A DNA stretch of 64,000 bases from Camelus ferus (Eukaryota): positions 44,456,001 to 44,520,000 of the forward strand of contig NC_045696.1 of assembly GCF_009834535.1 (NCBI RefSeq). Direction: 5' to 3'. Positions 23,186 through 36,030 of the stretch are shown here, in pieces; within the stretch, counting starts at the first letter, position 1, and every line of letters starts with the position of its first letter. The notes under the pieces were generated by a model. It ran no database searches, had not been told where the DNA came from, and saw nothing but the letters and a program-made list of their open reading frames with translations. The position numbers and the translations under genes are program-made.

Positions 23186-25801
23186 AAAATAAGATAAATA
23201 AAGCCAAGAGAAACCATTCATTTCAGTACAATATTTTGACTTGGTATAGAGACATACCACAACTACATTTTATCTTGATTGTATACCATAAAGGCAGGAA
23301 GGGGTTTGTTTTTGTTTTTTAATATTTTCTTATAACTTGATAAAGCACTTGAATTATGTGCCTCTAAAGAAATAAGGTACAGGGCTTAACCTTTATTAAT
23401 TTGTTTTTCTATTGATTGCAGTGTGGTTTACAGGAGACACAAATCTTGTTAAGGCTGTTCTGATTTGAAATTTAGCATTTAAATAGCTTACTGTTTTTTG
23501 TAGGAGGTTATTAAATCTGAAAAATAATTTTTCCATAATTTAAACTTGGTCTAATCTAACATGAGGCAGAGGGAAAAAATACCCTTGTTTTAGGCCAGTA
23601 ATATTCTGATGGAAAGAATATAATTTTTAATTCAGTGGAAATGCACCAGAGTTTTTACAGACTTACTCTATTGTATAACCCAGGAGAATTGTTCATGAAC
23701 TTTTTTTTCTCTGTCAGGATGTCTTTTCATCATCGTATTAGTTCAATGATTCCCTTCAGAATCCCTCTGAACTCCCACCCTGTTCACTCTCGCCACCTCG
23801 TTAACTAACTTCTGCTTCTTGTCCATCAACCTGTGGTTTTGCATTTCACCTTTCTGCCTCCCAACACCTTCAGGAGTTAAATATCTGACTCCCCTAAAGA
23901 TATTGTGGAAAGTTGGAAAATTATTTTAAAAGTTTACTTTTGGAACAACTTTAATGTAAATACTGCAAGTATAAAGATGAGTCTGAACATACTGCAGAAT
24001 TACAAAATTAGAACTGATTTTTATCTGAATGACACTTTAAGGAGAAAGAGTCATGTAACTAGTTAACTTTTCACCTCATTTCTAAAGTATTATTTGAGTT
24101 TAGCTAGGAGTGCTTAAGTTAGAGGAATCATCCACCTGGTACTTGAGTTAAGAAGAAGCAGAGAACAGCAAATAAGGAGGAAAATTAGTCTTTTGGATAC
24201 AGTCTCAACCGTTTTGTAGTTTCACCTTTGCACAAAATTCATTTTCTTAAATAACTTCATGTTTTCTTACGGAATAAGTAATTTGGCACCACACTCTTGA
24301 CTAATTCGCAATGCAATATAAAACAAGAGACACGATGAACAAAATGTCAGTTTCTAAAACCTTCCTATTTTAAAATAATACAACAGTGACATCTTTGTCA
24401 GCTACTGGTTACACAAAGAGCCCCCAATGTTAAATCACAGACAGGGTGATGAAAAACTTCAACTCTCACATCATAAATTTAAAATAGAATTAATGTTACT
24501 TATATTAAGAAAGAAATTTGTTTCCATTATAAAAATTTAGCAGGCTTTTGGAGAATAATTTTCTTGGCCCAGGTCTCTTCAGAAAGCTATCCAAAGGAGC
24601 ATGAAATCATGTCATCTTTTTCTAAATTTCCCTGTAGCAAGCAGAAGCATTCAAAATCATTTCATTTGTTCAGACAGTGAGGACTCTCTAAAGGGACTAG
24701 GACCTTTACTGCAATCACCAGCACCTGCAGAATTTACTCTGGGGCTCAGCACACACCTGTGAGCCTTCATCCATCCACATCAGAAAGACTGCTTACAACC
24801 AGGGCAGAGGGATTATCAACCTCATCATGGGATTTGCTGTCATTTCCACTGCACGCAGGAGTGAGGGATCCACCCACGCATTCAGGTTCTGATCTTCTAG
24901 TCCCAATACATTCGCCACCTTTTCCTTCAAAATTGCTTAAGTCCTGAGCTCTGCCCTGACCCACTGTTGCACTTCAGCTCTCCTGCCTGCCTTACTGCCT
25001 GACTGCCTGACACGGACCTCAGCCTTCACACATAACATCATGGATTCTATCCTCGGGTGTTTAGTTCGAAAATTTACATTTATTTTTTTAATTATTTGTC
25101 CCAGGAGATATGCTTGATGATAGTAATTCACTAAGTTCTTTTATATCCAGTTTCATTTGATCATCATAACCATCCAGTGAGATTGCGTCAGCCTTGTGCC
25201 ACAGCCCCTGCATTTATCTCTATCTTCCTAGCTTCCAGGGCTTAATCCACTCACCATCTCCACTTATAGACGAAGACTGACTTCAGTTCCTGAGTCAATC
25301 AACAGTGGTGGGAAGTATATTTTATTGGAGGTTGGAATTTAGTTATGTATCTTAGACTCAGTGATTTGGCCAAGGTATCTAGGTTTCCCAGTGTCCCAAG
25401 ACTCATTTATACACTGATGGAGATTTTAGTTTGGGAAAAACCCTCTTCCTTACAAAGCTGCAGCCAAGAGTTGGCCCTATTCACAAGTGTGTGCACATGA
25501 TTGAATTCCCCTCTATTACTTCTTCCTGTTTGCTTGGCTCTCTCTCCTTTATGACCCCAGAATCAGGGTCCTGCCTTACACCCTAGACATCGACAGAGCA
25601 CCTACCTCCTGTCAGATCTCCTCCCAAGAGGCCAGCTTCTTTTCACTATGTGTCCCCTCATGTGCTCCCAGATTAGATCCCTGAAAAACATAAATTGATT
25701 TCTTGAAACTAATGGACTTGTCCTGAATTCCCAATGGTAGCTATGATTGAAATGTCTTGCTAACTTCACACCAGCCACCCCAAATGCATCTAGACTACTT
25801 C

Positions 25802-25818
25802 AATAATAATAATGGTGG

Positions 25819-25859
<41 letters not shown>

Positions 25860-25882
25860 AATAATAATAATAATAATAATAA
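25802..25882. repeat. Compound (AAT)n(GGT)2(GAT)n(AAT)n microsatellite
   Basis: Directly visible; about 13 GAT units. Confidence 0.97.
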
Positions 25883-26100
25883 ACATTTCTTTTGAAGTTT
25901 TTGTGTTAGGCACTATTCTAAGCCATTAACATATGGTGCTTATTCAATCTTCCAAATAACTCTATGAAATAGAAAATGTTATTCTCTTCATTTTATAGAT
26001 AAGGAAATTGAGGCACAGATGAACTTAAGCAAATAGTCAGGAAATCGTGAGCTAGATTTTAACCCCAAAGTTGTTTTCCTCCTAGAATCCACACTCAACC
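25880..26100 (-). mobile_element. MIR SINE
   Basis: 'ttaggcactattctaagc...cattttatagataaggaaattgaggcacaga'. Confidence 0.9.
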
Positions 26101-26244
26101 GAGATCCGTTCAGTTCTGCATGGGCATGGACTTTGAATGTTGCAAGTTGCATCACTGGGTTTCCTGTGCAGGGGAGGTTACTATCACCAGTCAGAACCTC
26201 AGCACCATCCCACGCCCACGGCCCAACTTTAGCACTCGCCTCCT

Positions 26245-26753
26245 TTGGTAGATTATTTCCAAACATAATCATAATAGTATCTTCCATATTGTATTCTTTC
26301 TATAATGACACCTCACCACCCCTCTCATCCAGTAGTGGGTCTGACTTTTCTCTCCTCTTGACGGTGGGCTGGCCTTGTGACTTGCTTTGTGTATAAAATG
26401 TGGCGAAAGGGATCCTGTAGGACTTCCAACAGCACCCTTTAGGAGCTTTGTAGCATTCATTCTCTAATTCTTGAAATCCTCCCAATTGGAACACTTCTGG
26501 AGACCAGGAGGCAGTGAGAAAGCCCAGTCTAGCTCCACAGAAAGGCTCTGCGGAAGAACACTGAGTCTCCCTGGCTAACAGCCCAACTGAGCTCTGCCCT
26601 CGTCAATCCCAGAGCTACAGGCAACATGAATGATGTAGGTCAGATCAGCAGAAAATTCACTCAGTCAACCCACATAATCATGAGAAATAAATTGTATTGT
26701 TGTAGAGCAACACATTTTGGGGTGATTTGTTATGCCAAAATAAATAAGTGACA
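26245..26753 (+). mobile_element. MLT1 (H-like) solo LTR
   Basis: 'gggctggccttgtgacttgcttt', 'cagtcaacccacataatcatgagaaataaa...ttttggggtgatttgttatgc...aagtgaca'. Confidence 0.88.
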
Positions 26754-26948
26754 TGTATTCCCAGTCCTGGAGTGTCTGGATTCCAGCATAACTCATATAT
26801 AAGTTGCCTGAAATAGCAAGATATGAATTTTAGAAAAGATGAAACTGAAGTTCAGAGAGATTCAGTGAACTGTTCTAGATCATATTTGTGAGATACAAAG
26901 CCTAGACTTCTACTCTAGTCTTTTAAATTTTAAGTGCCATAGATTCTT

Positions 26949-27200
26949 TTTTTAGATCTGTTTTTGTTTTTTGTTTTGTTTGTTTTAGTTGAAGTATAGT
27001 CAGTTTACAGTTTGTGTCAATTTCTGGTGTATAGCATAATGTTTCATTCATACATAAACATACATATATTCATTTTCATATTCTTTTTCATTATAAGTTA
27101 CTACAAGATATTGAATGTGGTTCCTGTGCTATACAGAAAAAAACTTATTTTTTATTTTATATATAGTAGTTACCCAATTTTTCCCTTCACACCCCTTTTC
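26949..27200 (-). mobile_element. 5'-truncated lineage-specific L1 3' end inserted in a MIR remnant
   Basis: 'ttgaagtatagtcagtttaca...aatttctggtgtatagcataatgtttca'; TSD CCATAGA(T/C)TCTT at 26937-26948 and 27201-27212. Confidence 0.92.
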
Positions 27201-30200
27201 CCATAGACTCTTAAAACCACTGACCTCCCTGTACCAACACAACATCTCTAGCACTCTGTTCTTAAAAACAACAGAAAAACACAGTCTGGTAGCCATGATT
27301 GATCTCTACCCAGTTTATGTCTAGGCCATTGAATTTCACCTGAGACGTTTCCCAGACACAGCCCCTCCAGGAGTGCCCAGTACTGCAGCTGACACCACTA
27401 ATCTCTCAACTCTCCTCCAAGAGCTAAAGTGAATGCTTTTTGATGAAAAACAGAAGGATGCTTTTCCCATTGACAATCACTCTTAACATAAGAGATTTAG
27501 ACAATATTTTTCACCTTTACATTCTCCCAAGTCCCCAGTTTATTAAAAAAAAAAACATGCAAACCTACTTAGTGTCAGTTCATGAAAAGTTAAGACTTAC
27601 TAATTATTACTGCCCTTGTCTAAATCATATTTTACCCCTTGTTCACAAATATCAGAACCCTTCAAGTATCCGTGAAAGGCCACAGAAAAACATTTTAATC
27701 TTCTGCATAGAATTTTAACTAAAGCTTTGAGAAGAATTTTGTGTTCTGGCCTTTCAAGAGTTGTTGGCTTGGAATAGTCAAAACCTGGTGAGGACTCAGT
27801 GCTAATTAATTAGGCACCATCAGATAAATAACATTAGTGAAACTTGAAGATTCACTATATGACCATGAAAATCTGAAAGGAATAATTAAATTTCATGGAG
27901 TGCTATTGGTGGGAGTTTGGATCCTGTGCTACATGATTATATTCTAAAATATTTTAATTTCCAAGAAAACAATATGGAAGAGAGTAATATTAGATTGTCT
28001 TTATTATTTTTTCTAAATGAACTTTCTTCATTCTGTCACAATTAAAAATTTTATTCCAATCAACAGCAGTCACTTGTCCTTCATATTCTTTTTCCATGTG
28101 ATTTTATTTTTTTCATAAATGAGATTCATTAATATAAAGCTAAATGTGATATAGGTTTTCTATCTTTGCAATAAATGTCATTTTTTTAAATAATTAAAAA
28201 TCGTGTAGGTCAGGTCACATAATGACATTTTTGATTCAGAAAATGTTGCAATTATGACTACATCATTCTCTCCTCATGTTCCAACAAAAACAGATTTAGA
28301 AAAATAGATGTACCTTATACTCCTAAGGCTTAAGTAAGATTAAGATTATTCTTCTGTCCAGGGATATATATTTGGAAGCAACATTATAAAGGAAGCATGA
28401 AGAATTCTCTGCCATAAAGAAATACTATATGTGTTATTTCCTTATTTGAATAATAATATGTTGTCATGCTTCCTTCTCCCTTATTGACTTATAATAGAAA
28501 AGCCATCCCAGCAAATGACTTTAAATATTATTAGAATTGTTTAATTGCATGCTTAAATACAGTCACAGTGATGAAGTTGCCTAAATGATTCATACATTTT
28601 AAACAATGTAAATTCAAGCTAATAAAGATACAAATGCACATTCTGCATGGACAGCTCTGATGGAACTGTGGATAAATTGCTTTATCAATTTGTAGTTCAG
28701 TTCCTGAAATGCAGTTTTCTTCTCCAAAGTACTTATAAAGTACCATATGCTCACATACACTTGCTCTGTGCAAAATCAATGATTCCTCTGTAGACGGTAA
28801 TGTAAGTAACGTGTTCGCCATGTCTACAGGCTAATGATAAAAATTAAACAAAATTGTGATTGCGAAAGGGCTGTGTACACTGTAGAGGGCTCTGGGAGGA
28901 CTTTGTTCATTTTTTAACTTATTTAAAACCCAATAATAGCAGCCTCAGTCAGATTCCCTTCAAGCATTTTTCAGTAATTTAAATGCAAAAACAGTTGTCG
29001 GTCAGTTCTGTGCATCTCATCACCCTCTCTGACTGAAGTAGCACAGTTAAGAGTAGAGTCTAATTTTAACAAACCAGGAAGTAGATGATTTTTCCTTCTG
29101 TACCATCAACTTTCAGAACAACTTTGTCTTCTAACAGCATTCTAACACTCATTCCACGCCCTATTCTTACAAGATTGGATGCCTAACTGGATTTCAATTG
29201 TGGGATTTACAGATATTGCCTAATATTTTCAAAAACAACCTGCAATTTAATAGCTGCACTTTTGAAAACTAAAACCTTTCCACACCAAAGGAGTGAATCT
29301 ATAACAGTGAAAATATAAGCTGTTGGGACTTACATTAGTACAATGATTTCCACTTGCTACTCCACCCACTCCTGAAACAGATCAGATCCTGCTCTGCCTT
29401 CTCTTGAGGTCAGCTCTAACAAGGCTTCCATTACTGCCTCTTCCCACTGATGACACTTCTCACGAGAGAAGCATTTCTTCTTTTTCATTACTAAGAAAAA
29501 AAGCGATCAAAAATTGAAGCAAGCTCACATCCAACTTTTAAAAATAAATATAGATAAATTATACAAGCATGCTAAGGAATGAAAAGGTGGCCAGTTCTGT
29601 CAAAGTTCTATGACCTTGTAAAAATATGCACTTAACTTGAAGGTTCTTTCTATCCATACAGCATGTCTTACCTGCCACATGTCAATTACTTTCCTATTAA
29701 ACAAAACCTGTGTGGGCAGAAGGTAAAATGTGATGACTGGGTGAAAGTTAATGATTCAGGAGTCAAAGAAGGCTGAGCTTCAAAAAGGTCTTTGAGGTTC
29801 ACATGTGATCATATCCAATATGAACAAGAGCAGACTGCACATCAGCAGCAGACAGGGCACTGGCACTGTGGGACTAGTGGGGCAACTCTGCTAAGTGTTC
29901 TGAAAGGGGATTAAAAACTTCCAGGCTGGCAGATACCTTCCCTGCTCCTACACTTCAAATGTCATACAGCTTCAACCTGGCCATACACGACAGATGATGT
30001 TTCAATTCCCCCTGGATTTTGCCTTGCGATATCATCGCAAGAAATGTGGAAACAATCAAAATACCCTGTCTCTCCACGTCAGTCTGATCTAGAGCTAGAA
30101 GAAATATAAAAATGACTTGAAGCCAAAATAGCCATAAAGAGAAACTTGACAGCCCTCTTTGGGGTTACTCTTTGGAAACTACTCTTTGCATACTCTCTAC

Positions 30201-31074
30201 ATGCATCTCTCAGCCGTGAACATAAACCCTGGAATGCGCGCTTAGGAATGAGAAGGAATCTGTGTGGGTCAAATGGAAACCAGACAAAGAACACAATGAA
30301 AACCAGGCTAGGAGCCTAAGCGACGTGAAGAACTCTGCCTTTCTATCTCTTCTTGCTTTATTTTCACAGCCTCTTTGAAAGTATCAGTGTATCCTCTGCT
30401 GCCAGAAGTTTGTTGTGTGATCAGAAAAAGCAGAAGTAGCCAAGGAGGAGGAAAGAATCTGGAATAAACCCTGAAGAGTCAAATGCAAGTGTTGTGAATT
30501 AGGTAGGAACTAGACCCGTGGGTTACTTTTTTAAAATGATTTGCAAACTAGGCCCAAAGCTTAAAGTGAGAGAAAGGAAAAGGAAAGGAGGCAATGGATA
30601 AATAAAGATAAATAGAATGAATGAACCAAAAAAAAGAAAAACAAAACAGGGATCAATGTGACAACCCTAAGGTCATATTAAAAAGCCCACATAGCTCTGT
30701 TACTTTTCAAAATCTGAGCTACTATTCTGTTTGACTGCCCGAGTATAAAGTCATTAGTGTTGTGAGCAGCAGTCACTTAAAAGAAAGAACTTCACAGCAC
30801 TGAGGGGTCTCTCAGAAGACAGAGGCATTCAAGAGGAAAGCTAGTGTAGTGATAGTCTTTGAAATAAAAGTTTTCTTTTATCTGATTTTCAAATTTTCTT
30901 TGATCTGATGATCACATTAATTTCCAGGCTGTGCTCAGCATTTTTGGGGTAAAGTGAAAAAAAAAACAGACCCATATTCAGGAAAGGGGGTTGCTTCCAA
31001 TAATGGGAGCTGGACATTTTGAGGCCAATCCCAACACTGTTCTGTGAATAGGACGCTAAATATCAGATTTGATA

Positions 31075-31243
31075 CACTCTTTTTAACCTGCGTTCAAAGG
31101 TTCCAATGATGAGCATCAGGTTGTGAAAGAATTCCTGAAATAGAATGCTGAGTGCATGTGCAACTTTGGGGAAGAAAGAGGATCCACCACCTTGCATCAG
31201 AATTCAAAAAGGTCTAGGATCCCAACAAATTTAAGAGCTATTC
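31075..31243. mobile_element. hAT-Charlie MITE (MER103C-like)
   Basis: 'ttttaacctg...cctgaaatagaatgc...gaggatccaccaccttgcatcagaattcaaaaaggtctaggatcccaacaaatttaagagc'. Confidence 0.7.
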
Positions 31244-31359
31244 AACCAGAAAATCTCCGAGCTCTCTCTAATTCTATGCTGAATTTTAAACTCTTCATGT
31301 CAAGATAAAATTGATATTTTCTGCAAAGTATGATTTGAAATTATAATAATATAGAAATG

Positions 31360-31600
31360 AATGTCACAATTTTTTAGTATTTATAATATGCTGGGCAGCT
31401 GTCTTTCTAAACACTACCTCCTCTCATATGCAAAATAGGCCTATGAAGCAGATATTTTTATTGCCATTTACAATAGGAAATAGGGAGTCAGGAAAGATAG
31501 ATGATTTGCCAAAGATCAAAGACCTGGGAAGTGGAAGAACCTGTCGTAAAACCTATACAAGTCTGACTCCAAAGCTGGTGCTTTCATGAGTACACTACAT
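31360..31600 (-). mobile_element. MIR SINE
   Basis: 'cctatgaagcagatatt...gatttgccaaagatcaaa...gtctgactccaaagc'. Confidence 0.85.
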
Positions 31601-32011
31601 TTCATAAAGACGTGATCAGGTAGCCTCTTCCCAGAAACAAACAAAAACAGGAGTTTTCCCTGGAGGTCCAGAGCCATACACGGGATACAGAATAGAGAAA
31701 GGGTAAAAACTCATTTTGCCTGCCAGTAGTTTAATCCATGTGTATTCAGAGTAAAACAAGCATCAAATGGTAAAAGAAAGAAAGAAGAAAGCACAGAACA
31801 GTGTATGTAGATGTGATGTATGGCCTGGACAGCACAGCCAACATAAGAGCTTCAGGTGTTCTGGGTACCAGCTCATAGGTAGCATCAACGTCTCACTCTC
31901 CAAGCCTCCCAGGATCCCATCTTCCCTCTAAAGTGCAATGAAGGTACATGTTTATTCTACCCTAAGGACAAATCTGCAGCTGATATTTGGGAGATTGCAG
32001 GGTGACCTTTG

Positions 32012-32174
32012 CAGGGCTAGCTTCACAGTGTGAGACCTGAGATAATCCTTGGAAGGGCCCTGCACTTGTTTTAATGCTCTGCTATTGTCATCTTGAAAAT
32101 TTTAGTAATTTTTGGAAAAAGGGCTCTACATTTTCATTTTACAATGTGTCTTGAAAATTATGTAACCAGTCTTG
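32012..32174 (+). mobile_element. MER45A-like hAT-Tip100 MITE
   Basis: Termini 'cagggctagcttca' and 'atgtaaccagtcttg'; internal 'gaagggccctgcacttgttttaatgctctgct...tcttgaaa...cattttcatttt'. Confidence 0.85.
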
Positions 32175-33329
32175 AGTCTTGATTTGAAGTTTATGTATTA
32201 CCTATTTTTTGCTTCATTTAAATTGAACTGTTAAGTTTTAGTCACACACAGGGTTCCAGCTTAGAGATGGGGGTAGGGGAAGAAAGTAAGAAGTGGGATC
32301 CTCAGCTGTCCATACAGTACCATTCACTGTCCAACCATCCATACTCCTTACTACATCCCATTTCATCCTTTTAATCCAAGGTGTGGTAAAGGTGAGAAAA
32401 ATGCCTTAATCTTTATCAAACTGATATTTCCATTTTTACAAGCAATCGATTCAGTTCAGTGAGGCCAGTTCAAGCCATGAAAAAAGACTGGACTGAGCCA
32501 TTTCCCCTCTGGTCCTGAAGACTGCATGTCATGCACAGAAACACAATCTGATGAGAGAGACTTCATGCTTGATAGGTTATCTTCTGCAGGTAGCCGAGGG
32601 CTACTAGTTGGTATCTGAATACGCCAGAGCTGCTTAATCCACCTACTTGTGTTTTACAGTCCCTGAAGTGCTGAAATAAAACACTATATGCCCAATTAAA
32701 CACCTATTTTCTGAATATTTTTAATTTAGAGGACATTGAAAACTTTATTCTAATTCAATTTTTCTTAAACTTTCCAATATAAGAACCAAGTCAGTAAACC
32801 AAACAATGTCTACATCTTCTTACCAACACTACCTAAATAGTCATGGAATATTTATTCTCATAACCACCATAATTTAATTTAAACTATAGATTAAAATGCA
32901 TTTAACCTATTTTTTTCTGGAAAATATACCTTAAATAAGACTATTTTATTTGTATGTTTATACTTGCCATCTGACCATCTTAAGTATCTTAAGAGAAATT
33001 CACAGACCTCTCCTAAAGAACCACTAATTAAACATCTTTCATATATGCTATCAGGATGGAAAGAATACATTTTAAAGTGATTTATAAGCTGTAGAGGGTA
33101 ATAAAACATTGATTACTCCACTAAGAGTGATTATTTTTAGTTCCTTTCCCAGAAAAGTGCATTTGTAAGGAATGTCAACTTAGACACTAAACAGTTTATT
33201 TAAAGTCATGTAATTGTTTTATATGTTGAAACATAAGCTCTCTATTGAACAATAAAAAGACAGGATGAAGTTTTCTATTGTTTGGAGTCGTTGTCAGGTC
33301 TCCTCGTGTTGAAAATTTTGCCTCATAGA

Positions 33330-33515
33330 TTACACACAATACCTAAAATATCATCATATAAGGAAAATATTTTCTATAGCTCAGAAGTCCAGGTATGACT
33401 TATCTGGGCCCTCAGCACAGAATCTCACAAGGCTGCAGTCCAGCGCTGGCTGGGCTGCATGCTCATCTGAAGGTTCAACTAGGAAAAGGTACCTTTCTGA
33501 GCTTCCTCAGTCTCC
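33330..33515 (-). mobile_element. MLT1 LTR fragment
   Basis: 'tctcacaaggctgcagtccagcgctggctgggctgcatgctcatctgaaggttcaact'. Confidence 0.8.
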
Positions 33516-34174
33516 CCTTGCTTGCCTTTACCTGTGTACAAGTACTGATGCTATTAGTGCTTACTGGAAGAGGCAGCCAATTAAGGAGTATGTTGAATTT
33601 GTTTAAGCTTTTTTATAGCTATGTAAGTCAAAGCCCAGGAGGAGGGAGCCGTATAGTAATGAGACAAAGTTTGTTGTTAGTTTGATACCCTTTTTTTCTA
33701 AGGAGAGTGCACACAAGGGAAATGCCTAAGAGGGTCCTGGAGTATAAGGAGAATGGCATAATTCCCTCGAGTGCTGGAGAGAGAAATATAGAGATATTAT
33801 CAAGGTGTATGTTAAGTGGGGAGGTCAGAAGCAGAAAGAGGAAGTACTTTGTCATTTTTCCCTCTTCATAGTTTTTTTTTTTTTTTTTTTTTTTTCCCTG
33901 AGAGTCAGTCCAGGAAACTTAACATAAACTCATCATAAAAGACAAGTGTGACACCTGTCAAGACATGCATGGTCTACTCACTGGTTGCTCTGGATTGAGT
34001 CTATGAGATGAGGCAGGGTCAAAAGATCAGTTACTGCCTCAAAAGAACCTTTCTCCATTAGGCATGTGAGTGGAACACAGTAATGATTCCTATATAAGCA
34101 GTACATATACAAACCAAAAACTTAATGTCTACAGTCACTTTCAATCCCCAAAGAGCAGGGTGGGTATTGCTATA

Positions 34175-34770
34175 TGTGGCAGACACACCCAAAGGTGACC
34201 CCTAATGAGTCATGCTCTTGTATAATCCCCTCCCCCTAAGTACAGCTGAAATCTTTGACTTGCTTTCCACCAATAAAATGCAACAAAAGTGATGGGATGT
34301 CACTCTTGATAAGGTTACGTTAGATGTTCCTCCTATAGTTGTGTTATATAAGATTCTGTTTTAGTAGAATAGAGCTAGAGTAGCTCCTAGCTTACTTGAT
34401 GAAATAAACAGCCATGTGGAGGAGGTCCTTGTGGCAAGAACTTGTGGGCAGCCTCTAGGATCTGCAGGAACTGAGGACAGTCAACAGCCTATTGGCCAGC
34501 AAAAAGCCATGGTCTTCATTCATACAAATGCAAGGAAATCAATTCTGCTACCAATCCCAGTGAGCTTAGAATCGTATCTATCTCCAGTCAGCTTCCAGAT
34601 GAGAATGCAGCCCAGCCAGGACCTTAACTGCAGACTTGTATGACCTTGAGCAAGGGACACTGGTAAGTTGGGCCCAGATTCCTGATTCACAGAAATTGTG
34701 AAATGATGTATTGGTATTTGCATAAGCCAATAAGTTGTGATAATGTTTTACCATTAATAAAAAGATAACA
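34175..34770 (+). mobile_element. MLT1E-like solo LTR inserted into an antisense MIR
   Basis: TG...CA ends; 'tataatcccctcccc', 'gtggcaagaacttgtgggcagcctctagga', 'ccagatgagaatgcagcccagcc'. Confidence 0.92.
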
Positions 34771-35366
34771 TATTATCTCTTTTTGCAATGGGACTTAAAT
34801 ATCAGATAGGTTATGTAGCCTCATCCATCTAGAGACAGGGATTAAACCTACATCTGTCTAATACCCAGGACTGTGTTTCTTCAGCTCCTATCTGTACATC
34901 ATCAAGGAGTAAACTCTTGTTCTTTTCCCTGAAACCCCAGTTTTTGAGTTTCCTACATTTATCTAGCTTTTTCTCCAGCTTCAAGCTTCTCAAATTTCAG
35001 TTGTCCTTCACGAGACATCACCTTCCCCTCCACTCTCCATAACAGGATTAAGCTCTGGATGCTGGTATGTACCCTTTTGGTTTGGCTAAAATCTGAAACT
35101 ATTTTGGACATTTTTTTTATTTCTTATCCTTTGTGCTTAGAACAATCCAGAATATAAATTTGAAAGATTATTAACTCAAGTTCTGTTCTAAGATGCAAAA
35201 TTCACCATAACTATTTATAAAGTTTTTGTCCTGGAAAGGAGGGACTTTTAAAACTAGAGTTTCTTTCAAGTTTTCCTATCTTTATGGATGGAACTGATGC
35301 TTTTGACTGTTACATTTTTGCAGTTTTAAGGAACGAATTAAACATTTGACAAAGTATATTGCACAT

Positions 35367-35754
35367 TGTTATTGACTTAATGTTTGGGTCTCCCCAAAAT
35401 TCATATGTTGAAGCCCCAACACCCAGTGTGGTTGTATTGTAGATGGTCCTTCTAAGAAAGTAATCAAGGTCAAATGAGATCAAGAGTAGGGCCCTAATTC
35501 AATAGGATTAGTGTCCATATAAGAAGAGATACCAGGGAGCTCCTTCATTCTCTCCTTGCATGTGCACCAAAGAAAGGCCATGTGAGAACAGTGAGAAGGT
35601 GGCTGTCTGCAAGCCAGAAGGAGAGTCTTCACAAGAAGATGAACCCTATTGCTACCTTGATCTTACGCTTTCCAGCCTCCAGACCTATGAGAAAAAAATT
35701 TACGTTAAGCCAGGCTCTGGTATTTCGTTATGGCAGCCTGAGAAAACAAATACA
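35367..35754 (+). mobile_element. MLT1A-like solo LTR
   Basis: TG...CA ends; 'ccccaaaattcatatgttgaagccc', 'aaggccatgtgagaaca...gtctgcaagccag', 'tccagcctccagac'. Confidence 0.93.
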
Positions 35755-35829
35755 TACACCCTTCATGAGAACAAAATACTTCAGAATTAGCGTACAAGAA
35801 ATTATTTCTGCTTCAACATTAAGGCAGAT

Positions 35830-36030
35830 ATAGTCAAAGCTTATCACATCAAACTAAATTAAAATCTACTGTAAAATTAAGTTCCCAGAGCACCACCCCC
35901 ATTTAGATCCTGATTTAATAAATCTTAGGAGGGACCCAGGTATTTATATTTCAAGAAGTATGAAAACCAAAGTACACTGGGTGATTCACTCTGTTGCTGA
36001 GGTGCTTGAACCATACATGGAGAAATATTA
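35830..36030. mobile_element. MER5-like hAT-Charlie MITE
   Basis: 'gttcccagagcaccacccc...tgatttaataaatcttaggagggacccagg...ggtgattc'. Confidence 0.6.
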
